Shown: one piece after another, positions 48,576-61,679 of the stretch | Layout of the letters: every line of letters starts with the position of its first letter | Position numbering within the stretch: position 1 is the stretch's first letter | Origin: Podarcis cretensis | Lineage: Eukaryota | Assembly: GCA_951804945.1 (NCBI GenBank) | Contig: OX638152.1 | Span: 12,524,001-12,588,000 of the forward strand | Direction: 5' to 3' | DNA: 64,000 nucleotides | Made by a program: the position numbers and the translations under genes | Notes under the pieces: model-generated | Seen by the model: the letters and a program-made list of their open reading frames with translations, nothing else | Databases searched by the model: none | What the model was told of the DNA's origin: nothing

Positions 48576-48824
48576 GAAGAAGAAGAAGAGTTTGGATTTG
48601 ATATCCCGCCTTTCACTCCCCTTCAGGAGTCTCAAAGCGGCTAACAATCTCCTTTCCCTTCCTCCCCCACAACAAACACTCTGTGAGGTGAGTGGGGCTG
48701 AGAGACTTCAAAGAAGTGTGACTGGCCCAAGGTCACCCAGCAGCTGCATGTGGAGGAGCGGAGACGCGAACCCGGTTCCCCAGATTACGTGACTACCGCT
48801 CTTAACCACTACACCACACTGGCT
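48576..48824 (-). mobile_element. Squam3-like tRNA-derived SINE
   Basis: Minus strand GCCAGTGTGGTGTAGTGGTTAAGAGCGG...CCGGGTTCGCGTCTCC...GGGTGACCTTGGGC...(TTC)n tail. Confidence 0.85.
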
Positions 48825-49447
48825 CGTACATGTTTCTCCCATGCAGTCTCCCATCCAGGCACTGACCCAACCCGGACCTTCTTAGCATCTGCAAGGTGTT
48901 CACCTCCTCTGCCTTCAGACCACACCCTGGGATCTTACGCTGCAGAGATCTCTGCAGTGACTAACCCCATCTCTTCTAGCGTTCACCTGGAATGTTGCTG
49001 CTGTCAGGAGGCCAGATGTTTGGCTATGAACAGCTGCTGACAGGACACAACAGAGCACTCCTGCCTCTTCCAAACCACCACCGCAGCTCCGAGGCTCAAG
49101 GGTGTCAGAGAAAGCACGACTCAAAACATTTCCCCGGTTTGGGGAGACTTACTCCAGGATGTTGTCTAGACAAAGGAACTGAATGCCTCCCCTCTCTCTC
49201 TTTGCACCCCAGGCGTGTACAGGGAAGGAAGGAGCCTGGGCTCCGTGTCCCTCACCAGCCTACACGCCGGCGTGCAGAATATCTGCCCAGGAACAGGAAC
49301 GCAAAGAGGAGGAGTCAGAGGGAGCAGCCAGACTGTCGGTCAGCCAGAGCATGCATGCTGCTTGTGGAGAAAAGGCAGCATCAGAGTATCTCTGATTCCG
49401 CTCTGAGGTGGCTGGCTGCAGAAAAGGGAGGAGAGGGGGAAATGTAG

Positions 49448-50169
49448 TGTTACCGGAAAAATCCGAGGGCTCCCTTGGACAAAAAGTAAAGACACCAACC
49501 AGAGTAAATTGGAGCAAATCGGCAGCCTGTAGGCTTGGCCTTTATTGACTGTTGCAACAGGGTGCTCCCCTCACTTGCAGGTGAGAGGAAAGACACAGAA
49601 AAATGGTGTGCAAGACCTTATAAAAACTTTTGAAATTCCCATCCTCTAGGTCAAGCCCACCCCCAGAAACATCATGCATACATTACAGAAAGGGGGGGTT
49701 GAGGGAGGAGTTGTGGTGGTAACCTGAGTGTCCTGTCACCTGGCTGGTTCCCTCTTTCCCCCTCCCCATGAGTACTTTCCAGGTGACAGAGGGGAGTTTG
49801 CAGTTTCCTGCCCCCAGAGGGAAGAGCTGATTATTGTCCTTTGTTCCAGTCCGTGCTGAATCCATTCCCATATGCAAGTTCTTTGTGATCTTGATTGTCT
49901 TCTGTCTAGGACCATCAGGGTTGGCATAGCAACTGGGCAGGGCTCCTGTGGATGTGCTGGGATGGTGAAGGGATTATGGCTGCCCTGTATCAAACCTTCC
50001 CCATTTTGTAGTCCTTCGTTCATGGAGTAAAATAAAAGAACAGTGCAAATCCGATGCATGGTTGATTTTCTATGAATTTATAACAGAAGCGTAGCGTATG
50101 TAGTGTGTGAGTGTGAGCGTGTGTGAAGTTTGTACAAACTGAATGATGGGGGGGGGGTTTCCTGCTACA
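49448..50169 (-). mobile_element. Solo LTR (ERV1/Gypsy-like), 722 bp
   Basis: TGTTAC...CTACA termini with perfect 4-bp TSD GTAG (49444-49447, 50170-50173); minus-strand TATA-like TTTTTATAAG near 49620 and AATAAA at 49541-49546. Confidence 0.8.
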
Positions 50170-50194
50170 GTAGAAAATAAAGTTTTCAGATGTA

Positions 50195-50439
50195 CAGTGG
50201 TACCTCAGGTTACATAAGCTTCAGGTTACATACGCTTCAGGCTACAGACTCCGTTAACCCAGAAATAGTGCTTCAGGTTAAGAACTTTGCTTCAGGATGA
50301 GAACAGAAATCGTGCTCCGGCGGCGCGGCGGCAGCAGCAGGAGGCCCCATTAGCTAAAGTGGTGCTTCAGGTTAAGAACAGTTTCAGGTTAAGTACGGAC
50401 CTCCGGAACGAATTAAGTACTTAACCCGAGGTACCACTG
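50195..50439. mobile_element. Tigger-like MITE
   Basis: TA|CAGTGGTACCTC ... GAGGTACCACTG|TA; reverse-oriented copy of 5000-5232. Confidence 0.9.
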
Positions 50440-50582
50440 TAATAGAGCCTGCAATGCTAACTCACTGTGTGTGTGAGAGAGAGAGGAAAGGAAGGGGGCC
50501 GGCAGCACCATGGGCATGTGGCTCTTTTTGCTGAGGGAGGACATCTCTTGCAGAATTGTGGGGGGTTTTATGGCTACACACT

Positions 50583-50885
50583 GTTGTTGTTGTTGTTTAG
50601 TCGTTTAGTCGTGTCCGACTCTTCGTGACCCCATGGACCAGAGAACGCCAGGCACTCCTGTCCTCCACTGCCCCCCGCAGCTTGGTCAGACTCATGCTGG
50701 TAACCTCGAAAACACTATCCAACCATCTCGTCCTCTGTCGCCCCCTTCTCCTTGTGCCCTCCATCTTTCCCAACATCAGGGTCTTCTCCAGGGAGTCTTC
50801 TCTTCTCATGAGGTGGCCAAAGTACTGGAGCCTCAGCTTCACAATCTGTCCTTCCAGTGAGCACTCAGGGCTGATTTCCTTCAGA
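50583..50885 (-). mobile_element. BovB 3' fragment
   Basis: KLRLQYFGHLMRREDSLEKTLMLGK...HGVTKSRTRLND; (AAC)n tail; perfect 13-bp TSD ATGGCTACACACT (50570-50582, 50886-50898). Confidence 0.95.
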
Positions 50886-51137
50886 ATGGCTACACACTAG
50901 CCAGGCTTTAACTTTTTTTACTCATTTATTACATCTCTCCCAACACTTACTCCAAAGAGCTCCGCTCAGAACACAGGGTTCTCCCCAACACACACACATT
51001 CTTTAAAAATTTTTTATTTTTGCCCTTTCTGGGCTCTTTTAGGGCAGTTTCTACCATTTTAAAAGTCACTTCTGGGTTTGACGTGATGCACGCATGCATG
51101 GGTTGTGCGTCAATTGGGTGAACATAAATGGGGAGTT

Positions 51138-51479
51138 AGGGACATGGGTGGCGCTGTGGGTTAAACCACAGAGCCTAGGACTTGACGATCAGAAGGTCGG
51201 CGGTTCGAATCCCCGCAAAGGGGTGAGCTCCCATTGCTCGGTCCCTGCTCCTGCCAACCTAGCAGTTTGAAAGCACCTCAAAGTGCAAGTAGATAAATAG
51301 GTGGGAAAGTAAACGGCGTTTCCGTGCACTGCTCTGGTTCGCCAGAAGCGGCTTAGTCATGCTGGCCACATGACCCAGAAGCTGTATGCCGGCTCCCTCA
51401 GCCAGTAAAGTGAGATGAGCGTCGCAACCCCAGAGTCGGCCACGACTGGACCTAATGGTCAGGGGTCTCTTTACCGCTT
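51138..51479 (+). mobile_element. Sauria SINE
   Basis: Homologous to 46890-47242; flanking repeat TAAATGGG(G)AG. Confidence 0.9.
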
Positions 51480-52419
51480 TAAATGGGGAGATGCCTGTGT
51501 AGCAAGCTTGGGGAGAAATGTTCCAGGTTTTGCAGACAGGTAGTGTGTGTGGGTTTCTTCAGCACCTGAATTTCCAAGTGTCGCAAGCGCTTTGGAGGTC
51601 TCTGTTTCAGTTCAAAGCCCTGTGGAGAGATGGTGCTTTGGCCGGGACAAGCGCTGAATCTGTGTCCAAAGATTGTCTGCTTCCGTTCTTTATTTGGGAC
51701 CCCTCCAAATCTTCTCCACACCCCTAGGATGAAGCACTGTGAATGCTCTGCAACACCCTAAGTTAAGCTAATAAAGTATTATTTTGCTGGTGTGAAGACT
51801 GAATGACAGATAACATCTGGACGGCAAAATGATGCTACAATTCCATCAGTCTCTAGGATTCCTGATTCTCACCTGCATCTTCACAAGCATCACTTGCAAA
51901 GTTGCTACTCACTTCTTGAAAGGAGAGAAGTGTTGCCAGACCCCTCCTCTGGGTGGCTTGAGACAACCCACAGACGCCTCAGAGGAGCCATTTCCTGAAG
52001 CAGCAGAAAACCACGGGAGGAAACATCTTTTAAACCCCAGAAGGACAATTTAGCCTCGGCACAGAGGGGAAGACAGAGCCAGGTGTAAGCTAAAACCATC
52101 TTGCCCTTTTCACACAGAAAGAGAAGCCAAGAGTGCATTGCTGTCTTAAAGTAAAATGAAAAAAAATACTGTGACAGGAGGCACTTCCATAGTCTGAGCC
52201 GCCAGAAAAATGAAAAATGCAAACTGCAAGCCTCAAACTTGGCTTCTGAGCATCATCAGCTCAGGCCTGGTTCCAATACAAGGCTAAAGGCCAACTACAC
52301 ACGTCCAGGAAAGGGGGGGGAGAGTACACGGTCACCACTGACCCACATCTCCTCCCGTACGGTTGTGATTATTTACAGAGCCAACACAGTGCAGTGGTTA
52401 GAGTTGGGCATGGGCCAAG

Positions 52420-52830
52420 GAGAGGCCACATGTCCAACTTTAGAGAGGACTGTCGTCTGTTGGAAGGGATGGCCGGGCTGAGTTTGTATTGGGAGAAGCC
52501 TAAGAATGAGAAACTTCAACAGGTCCAAAATGGAGCAGACAGATTCCTGGCTGGGGTTCTGTTTAAAATTCGCATAACCCCAGTTTTGAAACAGCAGCAG
52601 TGAAACCCAGCTTGTTCCCGGGGCCGATTCAATATGCTCACATTAGCGTTTAAAGCCTTAAACAACTAAGACCCCCCAAAAAGCATCTCCTTCCCTATGG
52701 ACCCTCTTAGACCCTCTTAACCTTGGCATCTGCAGAGAGAGGGCATTCTCTGTGGTAGCCCCAAAGTTGTGGAATTCTGATTTCATCACTACACAGCTTT
52801 CAGCTGAAGACACTTTAATCTTTATTGTGG
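52420..52830 (+). mobile_element. L2-like LINE 3' fragment, old
   Basis: KLQQVQNGADRFLAG...ITPVLKQ resembles the L2 motif LQLVQNAAARLL...ITPVL. Confidence 0.55.
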
Positions 52831-55022
52831 CCTTTGACACTAGAGATTTATATTACTGCATGCCATCCCAATCTCCAAGCGGTGCAAAATTCCAGGGGTT
52901 CCAGGAGCTTTTACCCAGGGTTCGTATTTCCATAAGAATAAGGGGCAGTAGAGACTGCAGTGTCTTTATGATATATGGTTTATTTACACATATATACAAC
53001 CTGAGCTTACAATGGAGAGGTTCACAGCATTAGTACCCCAAGAGGGTCTTGATTCACCCATTGCCACAGCCTTGGCTATATATAAACCATCTGTGCAAAC
53101 TACAGAAACAGTAGGACAAAATACAAAAATGCAATAAAGCATTGTTATATAAAAAGACAGGGCACAGCTTAATAATCAAGGAAACCCATGAAGTTGCATC
53201 TTCAAAGATGTCTAAAGTAACTGGTGGTGCTTTCCAACAGGCAGGGGAAAGAGAGTTCAAAGTTATGCAGAATAAATCATAGAAACTAGTTAAAAATTAA
53301 AGCATAATTTATGCAAAAATAAGAGAAATGATGGAAAGTTGCCCAGTTTGCATGATTTATATCCAAGAGGTTATGTCCTTTCCATCGGCCCCACCCCCAC
53401 CTATTTACCCTCACAACAGTCCTGGGAGGTAGACTAGGATAGTCCAAAGTCACCTTGTGAGCTTCACTGTCAAGTCAGGCTTTGAGTTTGGGCACCTGCC
53501 TTTTCCTCCTCCTCAGTCGCCCCCAATATACAAGTCTCAGCTGCTTGCACAGCCACCCATCCCAGCATTTGCAGGTTCCAAACACCTGCAAAGACTCTGT
53601 GGCTCTTCTCTCTTACTGTTTGTTCATCATCTAGCTGTGCTCCTGCATGCCCCCCTCACCTCCTCAAAGAACAATATAGTCCCTTTCTCAAAATGTAGAT
53701 GCCGTTCTACCTCAGCTCAGGAGCCTTGCCAGGAGCAAGAAGGCAACCAAGCAGATACAGATGCTGCCTAGATGTGTTCTCTCATAGCCAAGGACATCAG
53801 AGATGAGATGTCTGCAACCACCCATTACACGGTCTAGCCATTAACTTAAAACATCGAGATAGCTACTCTCTCTGTAGTCGCCGTATCTCCCGACTTGGAT
53901 CCTAAATGTAGTCTGGCTCTGTGGCTGTCTTTAGCTCTCAAAGGAGAGAGAGATGAAAGGCTTACTGAAAAGTAAACCCAAGATTGCACTGTAAAAGACT
54001 GAGGAATGCAGTTATAGCCATCTTCAACCTTTTCAGGCAAAGACCTCATCTTTACCCCTAACATTCAAAAAGGGACCCATTTAAAATTTTAAGCTGTATG
54101 TTTGTCTTTCTCCCATCTCTTCCAATCTACTCCCAGACCTTTTTAAACTCATCCTCTGCATCCCTCTCCTTCTGCTACCCCCCTCCTCCTTGGAACAATT
54201 TGAAGAAAGTGAGAATGAAAATGGTCCTGGAGCTAGTGGCTTGACCCACCTTGGGTTGGGGGCTGCTGGACCCTGTTATGGGTCACCACCCCCCAGCCAA
54301 AAAACCATGATCAAGCCTGCAGTGCTGGAAGGAAGAAGCAATGATCTCAATGGACTTGCTTCCACATAAGCACGCAAAGAGATGTCGCAAGTGATAACCA
54401 ATTACATTACTTTCTGAAGACATCTGAAGGCAGCCCTGTATCGGGATGTTTTCAATGTGTGATGTCTTCGGAAAGTAATGTAATATAGGATTGTGCTGCT
54501 GAATGCTAGACTTTTAAAGTGGACTACCATAATTTGCGATGCACCAAGGCGTGAACGCAATTTTGACTGGCCAGGTGCTTGCCAACACCTCCTCCCCTGC
54601 AATCCTGATTTTAGAAATCCAAAGCAGACAGGAAAAACAGCCTCTGGGTCACCATTTGTGGGTGGTGGACTTGTCTCGCTTGGTGGGCCGCAAGCTGTGC
54701 AGATGTTCCTTGTTACTGGGCAAAGCCAAAGCAAGAAAACATCTGCATCTTTGTGGACAAGGTAGTGCCAGAACTACTGACATACAAATCTCACTCGCAG
54801 TCAATATGCAAAGCATTCTGGGTTGTTTGCAAAGTTTTGTGTGCATACAAAAAGCTGTCTGCCCTCAAGGAGTTTACAATCTTCGGGGAAAACAACAAAG
54901 AGCAGAGAGGAACAGGAGGGGCAAGAGTAGCTATGGAAGAGTGCAAGCAAATACAGTCACATTTCACCTTAAATGCTGAATCCACGTTCTCCAGCATTGG
55001 CTTCAAGATATAGGTGGCACAA

Positions 55023-55552
55023 TGTAGTGGAAATGCGGAAGACAATTGTATTCCGAGGAGTTAGGTGGCATGTCCCTTTCCCTTTAACATCCCCAGTTTG
55101 AGTCTTGTGCTTCACACACCTGTCAGGTGTTTCTTTGGTTCTTCTGTGTTGCAAGTGCTGGCTGGATGCCGGGCTGCAGGTAGTGGGAGACTCTCAGCTG
55201 CTCTGTATTAGTTCCATCTCAGGGTCCTGGGCTAATCATGAGTAATGCCAGGTGCCCTTGATTACATCAAGGCAGGCTATAACAGCCATAGGTGGGAGAG
55301 GCCCGGGGAGCTTCTGCCCAGATCAAAGGACCTGATGCTGGGAGACCGAGGGTTAGGGTCTTTCCCCTGCTGCTCTACCTGGGGCTCCGGGCAGCTGAAG
55401 GGGAGATTGGGTAGCCCCTGTCAGGTATGTTTTATTTTATGCTTTGTATGCCAGCTGTTTATTTGTTAATAAAACTGTTTTGGTTCCCCTTCCACCTCCT
55501 CATTCCTTTTGTCCTGATATCCTTGGAAAGAACTGCTGTATTTGGCAGCACA
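55023..55552 (+). mobile_element. Possible solo LTR
   Basis: Starts TGTAGTG; CTATAA near 55277; AATAAA near 55468; ends ...CACA. Boundaries are ambiguous because GCACAATG occurs at both ends. Confidence 0.4.
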
Positions 55553-57559
55553 ATGGCAATGCTCTGCTCAGGAACAGAGCTATTGTGGTATGTCAAATCA
55601 TGTGGTGTAGGACCCCAGGCGCCAGCCCTACCCCAAATGTCCCCACACACATGCCAGCCTGCCCCCTGCACTACCAAGCTCCCCAGATCGAGCAGAAAAG
55701 TCTGAACGTTCCCCGCAATCGGGAACCCAGCATGGCGGGGGTGCTCAGGTACAGAGAGGCTCATAAGTGCATCCAGCCCAATGTGCTTAGAATTCCCCTC
55801 CAGGCATTCTTGCTCAACAGGACCTCCCAGCCAACAGCTGGAAAGGAGGCTTAATTGTGAGCAGATATGCAGAGAATCAAAGCTCTCTACATGCACATAC
55901 ATGTTCAAAGTGAATGTGTGAAGACAGCAGCGGAGTCAGGCACACATTACTCTCAAAGATATTGGCACATGGAATCGCGAAGGTCGGAAAGGAGCTTCCA
56001 AGTGCACTCAGATGAACATTCTTAGAAGACCCTTTCAGGCCAAGGAGGTTAGGAGTTTGCATGCAGGGCAGGGATGTTAGAAGGGACGGTTGCATGTGTG
56101 CTCCCACGCGCCCCCAGACAACCCCCCCCACCTACTTTTTAACCTGCCCATCAATCTTTCACAACAGCCCTGTGAGGAAGGTCAGTTTTATCCCCAGACA
56201 GCAGACGAAAGAGAAGGGAGCGAGGCTTTCCTGTGGTGAATGAGTGAAGGAAGGGATTTGTGGTCACTTCCTTTGAATTGAAATAAATGGCTGTATTTTC
56301 ATTTCAAAGCCAAAGTTCCTTCGTGCACTTGCAATGCAAACAGATACAAAAACGAGGAAGAAAGAATGAAAAAAAGAGGGGGCGGGGTGAGAGATTGGGA
56401 AGGTGAGAAAAATGGATTTTCCCCTTCTTCCAAGACATAAAAAATTGATGCCTCGATGGCAAAACCCAGCGCATTACAAATCCTGTAGGTGCGAGTTGCA
56501 TTTTATAGGCAGCAATATAGGGTGGCAGGTGTTAGCTCAGTGTCCTTGGTCTGATTATGTTGCTGGCTTCAAAAGGAGCAGACTCGGGCCCTTTAATTAG
56601 GATGCATGGCGGAGCTTATTTTATGCCTCTGCCCAGCGCAGAGCAAGCAAACCTCCTCAAGCAGGACAACCCTCCTGGGGAATTTTTCTCCGCAGAGCTC
56701 TATTAAACGCACAGGTGTTAATGCAACTGCATTCTGGCACACAGGGAACGTGCAGCATTTCATGGCTCACACGCTGCTCTAGGAAGCGGAAATCAAGGCT
56801 GGCATCAACGTCTCATCCCAGCTCTGCTACAGACCATAAGTTTTAAGGGACTTGGAAGGAGTCCTTCTGATAAAAAGGGGGGGGGGGGGGAAACAGGCAC
56901 TGCCTTGGAGATAGATACCACAATCTCTCTTTGGTAAAAAAAATAAAAATGGTTTTGTGGGTTTAAGAATCTGGGTGAGAGAGCCTGCTTTGCTGGTTTG
57001 TTTTCAGCCAAGCTACTGGTCACTGTTCCCGACAGCTGTAGTGACAAGTAGGGCCTGCAACAAAAGGTTGCAGCGCTCCTGTGCAGCACTCCAACCAACC
57101 AGCTGTGCCTGATATCAGTCCCTTGCACCTTCCTGCAACCCATAGGGTGCACTGGCACCGATGCCAGCCTTCAGCTTACCTGATGGCAGCAGCAGCAGCA
57201 GCACATGGCCATTTTGATTTCCCATAATGCCACGGGCATAGTGTTGCTCTGGGGCATTGTGGGAATTTGAATCCTGCCTGCTGGCCAGATGCTTCTCTTT
57301 CCCCTCATGCCCATCGCCTCTGCTGGCAAAATCTGAGAGGCAGGCAGGGCTGCCAAGCTGTCAATGGCCTGACTTCACAACGGCACATGGTTTGAAATCA
57401 GCTGAGCTTAGGGCATAATGGGAAATTTAAACAGAGACCTGCTGCTGCCAGGTGAGGCAAAGGTCAGGCAGCCCAGTAGTGGACACTTTAGCAAGGAGGT
57501 TCTGGAAACCTGAAGCTAGACCTCAAGAAACCTGAGAGGAGGCAGAGAGGGACTGTTTG

Positions 57560-57950
57560 TATCTGTCTCAAGAGACAACGGAGTGTGCCTCTGGGGGTGA
57601 AGTCAACCTGCTGTATTAGCAGCACCGAAGTGACCTCCCTGGGGTGCAAGCCTGGGCAGTGTGTATGGAGGTCCTGGGCTGTCCAAACGACAAGACTTCC
57701 CCCTCTCGACCTTGGTCCAAAGGAAAGCAGAGCAAGACGTTTGGCACCAGCTTGGCTGCAGGAGTTGCTGGAAGGAGGCGTACAAGATGCCATCCAACCA
57801 TCTTATGGACTCTACCGCATTTGTGTAGGGTTTACTCCGTAGCCTTTACTTCTGCCAAAGATATCCCGCAAGGCGGTGGAGGTTTAGGGTCAGAGTTTCC
57901 TTTCTCTAAAATGGGCTCCCTTGCCAAGGGGACGAGCTGCATCTGCCCCC
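57560..57950 (-). mobile_element. Dispersed repeat resembling an RTE-clade 5' region
   Basis: Longest of three homologous copies (12160, 41690, 57560). Confidence 0.62.
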
Positions 57951-57984
57951 CACTTCCTTCTACAGCATGTGCGGAAACTGTCTT

Positions 57985-58380
57985 TTTTTAAAATATATAT
58001 ATTTTTATTAGGAATTTCAACATAAGAATTTATCAGAAATACATCCTCCTCCTCTTCCCCCCTCCCCAAAGAAAGAAAAGCCCACAACCCCCCCCCCAGA
58101 CGTCCCTCAGCTCCTCTTTCTGATTTCTCAACACAGATTGTTCTCTGCATATTATAAAAATGTATAAATCCTTGATTTATCTATCTATATATTGCCAATA
58201 AAGAAAAAATTGTGAATGTTTATTCAAAACCTGCCAAGGAGTCCAGTTCATTTTGTTGTTTCTTTAAATACTTTGTAAAAGGTTCCCATTCTTCTTTGAA
58301 GTCACAGTTGTCCTTGTCACGTGGTTTGTGTGTCAGTTTCGTGAATTCCGCATAGTCCATCAGTTTCTCTTGCCACAGTT
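57985..58380 (-). mobile_element. 5'-truncated L1 (ORF2 C-terminus plus 3'UTR)
   Basis: Minus strand WQEKLMDYAEFTKLT...FKEEWEPFTKYL aligns with WQIQVIDYMELAEMT...EEDWKKFKVYL of the L1 at 16.2 kb; degenerate ~15-bp TSD TGC(G/A)GAAACT(G/C)TCTT. Confidence 0.8.
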
Positions 58381-58509
58381 TGCAGAAACTCTCTTACTGA
58401 CCATTGGACCCACTACTGATCTCATCTGCTCCATCCACCGGAGCCTGTCTTCACAAGCAAGGGAAGCCCCTAACTCACTAAGGGTTTGAGACCCTTTGGC
58501 TGGTTTAGC

Positions 58510-58855
58510 TGGGGTTTAAACCACAGAGCCTAGGGCTTGCCCATCGGAAGGTCAGCGGTTTCGAATCCCTGCGATGGGGTGAGCTCCCATTGTTTGGTCC
58601 CTTCTCCTGCCAACCTAGCAGTTCGAAAGCACGTCAAAGTACAAGTAGATAAATAGATACCGCTCCGGCGGGAAGGTAAACGGCGTTTCCGTGCGCTGCT
58701 CTGGTTTGCCAGAAGCGGCTTAGTCATGCTGGCCACATGACCCAGAAAAACTGTGGACAAACATCGGCTCCCTCGGCCAGTAAAGCGAGATGAGCGCCGC
58801 AACCCCAGAGTCGTCTGCGACTGGACTTAACGGACAGGGTTCCTTTACCTTTTTT
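58510..58855 (+). mobile_element. Sauria SINE, slightly 5'-truncated
   Basis: Homologous to 46890-47242; CCTTTACCTTT tail. Confidence 0.88.
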
Positions 58856-60827
58856 AGAAGCTGTTCCTGGGGTACGGCCGCTGTCACACGCTGACAGCTT
58901 CCAGGAGCCGCAAGAGAGAGCTGTGTGCAGCATGGGGACCCAGCAAACTACCCCAGAAGGAGCACACGTGTCCCCCATCAGGGGTACTGCCTATCCCCCA
59001 ACACCCCATACATGCCAGGCAAAGAGGGATAAGACATCAATAAATGAATAAAATCTGGCCTCATGCTGAAAAGTGATCCTCAAGGCTCTAAACCTCTTCT
59101 TCCTAAATAATTACACACACACACGTGCACGCACACACACACTTCTCTTCTTTCTCCTGGATCAGTTAGACTTCACGCAGGGCTGCTTGAAATTCAATAG
59201 CTACAGCCTGTCCCGGAAAGGAAAAAAATGGGGGGGGGGCCCTTCCCCAGATGCACAGAAACATGTAATAAACTGTCTTGCGCTTTCATGGCATGTGAAA
59301 ACCCTGAGGCTGAAAAGATTGTGCTGAAATGAGGTTTCAAAGCCGTAATGGGACAATATTGCTGAATAATCAGAAGAGGCTTGCAAGAAGCCACAGTGCT
59401 AGATGCATGTGAATGGAAAACCAATTTTTCTTTTTTAAAAAATAAAAATAAAACCCACACACCAGGCTGCAAGATCCTATTCCTTCTATTAGAAACCAGA
59501 GTTATGCTTCCCAAGCTATGCAGCACATAAGGGAGAATATTTCTTTTCAGAATTTGTTGGCTTCCCTTTCGGAGGTACCGCTCACAACAAAGTGACCTAA
59601 AGTGACTTTACAAACACAACGGTCAACACTAATGCCAACTGCAATACAGATGAAAAATAAAACCTAAGAACCATATCTACACAAATAAAAGACACATCCC
59701 ACAGAGCCTGCTACCGCCCCAGCTAAAGCCCCCTTGAGTCTCCATCTGGGGGGAAAGCAGGATATAAATATACTAGTAACAACCTTGGCAGTAGAAAATC
59801 AGGGGGCAAAGGTTCCCCAACAATACCTTGCCAAAAGTGATTATTATGCGCTCCACATTATTACAAACTGTATTTATGAAAAGTGTTTTAAATGTTTGAA
59901 TTTTATTTGAGTTATGGAGAATTGTCTCCAATCGCAGGATTGCTGTTGAAATGAATCAGCAGGACAAACTCACATCCTTTTATTTCAGTGGGTCTACTTT
60001 GAGCTGAATTTACGTTTAACACAACCCTATGAATGTGTAGTGTTTATCATTCCCATTATTAGCAGAATTTATATCCTGCCTCTGCTCCCAAAGCAGCTCA
60101 TGTTTTACTAAATCACCATACTGCAAACTGCCTTTTGCGGCCTCTGGAACAATGGGAAGCATATAAATTTCTTAAATAAATACAGCCCGCTACCCCCACC
60201 CCACAAAACAAAACCCTGGAGCTGGGTGCAGCTTGCCGCTTGTTAGCTTTTCTCCCACGTCCTCCCTGCTCCTCGGCCCATTTCTTGATTTCCCTCTTTG
60301 TGCTGCAAACACAATCACTCTCCGCTCCCCATCTTTCGCCTGCCGCTCAAGGGGCAGGAGACCGGCCCACCGATATATTCCACACGGAGCGGGACCACGT
60401 GACGGCTCCTGCAGCAGCTAAATTGCAACCCCAGAGAACAGAGAATCAAAGATCCGGCCAGAGAGCTGCTACTCCAGCCCCCGCCAGAACCAGGCAGCCT
60501 GCCGCACGCCAGGCCTCTCCCAGCTGGCTGCCTTGCGCATCAAAATTGAGAGCTGTCAACTTCCATTGGCAGGATGGGTTTAGGGGGAGAGAAGAAATGG
60601 GCAGGATGAGACACATGTGGAATCCCAATTATTTCTGCCACCCCCACCCCCGGTTGCTTCTGTCCCTTCAAACCCTTGCCAGGCAAAAACTGCCTACTTA
60701 ACTTATTTTATATCCCCCACCTTCCCTCCCGAAAAGGGGTCCAGGAAGGCAAACACACAAACGCTGCCCTGGACTCCTCTGGGAGGAAGGGCACGGTATA
60801 AATTCAATTATTAAAAACCGTTTAAAA

Positions 60828-61078
60828 CAGGGGTAGGCAACCTAAGGCCCGTGGGCCAGATGCGGCCCAATCGCCTTCTCAATCCGGTCCACGGACGGTC
60901 TGGGAATCAGCGTGTTTTTACATGAGTAGAATGTGTGCTTTTATTTAAAATGCATCTCTGGGTTATTTGTGGGGCATAGGAATTCGTTCATTTTTTCCTT
61001 CAAAAATATAGCCTGGCCCCCCACATGGTTTGAGGGATTGTGGACTGACCCACGGCTGAAAAAGGTTGCTGACCCCTA
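60828..61078. mobile_element. hAT (Buster-type) MITE inserted in an old L2-like fragment
   Basis: TIRs CAGGGGTAGGCAACC / GGTTGCTGACCCCTA; perfect 8-bp TSD GTTTAAAA (60820-60827, 61079-61086). Confidence 0.9.
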
Positions 61079-61679
61079 GTTTAAAACATCCAAAAGCAAT
61101 TCCAAGGCAGCTGCAGACTGGGATAAATCTCGACCCAAAAGGCTTGTGGTAAAGAGGAAGGTCCTTAGCGGGGCACCGAAACGGCAACAGAGACAACACC
61201 TGGCTAATATTCAAGGGGAGCATAATTTCAAAGGGTAGGTATCACCACACTAAAGGTCCTCTAGCTAAGAAGGTACCTGAGGGAAGCCCTCACCTGCAGG
61301 GTGCAGTGATCAATGGGATGTAGGAGATGGTCTTTCAGGTATCCTGGTCCCAAACATAGGGCTTTATATGCCAAAACCAGCACTCTAAACTTAGCCTGGC
61401 AGCTAATTGGCAGCCAGACTTCTTCCGATTTTGAGCCTACAAAGCTGTCTCAAACCGTTGGTCCATCTAGCTCTACAGTGGCTCTGCACTGATTGTAGCT
61501 GTACACGCTCTATAGAAGTGACTGGATTTTTTTATATTAAAAATCATTATACTATCATCATGCGCTTATTTAAACCTGGATCATGGTGGACAACATCTTC
61601 TTAGGTTGACCGATTTCTGACTCTGCCCCCAGGCATTACCAACTGGGGTTTAAGCATTTATAAACAATGCAATGCCGTT

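Noticed and set aside
58925-58950. SNORA70-like snoRNA (CATGGGGACCCAG)
   Set aside because: Only a ~13-nt match, with no flanking similarity or H/ACA hairpin structure evident.
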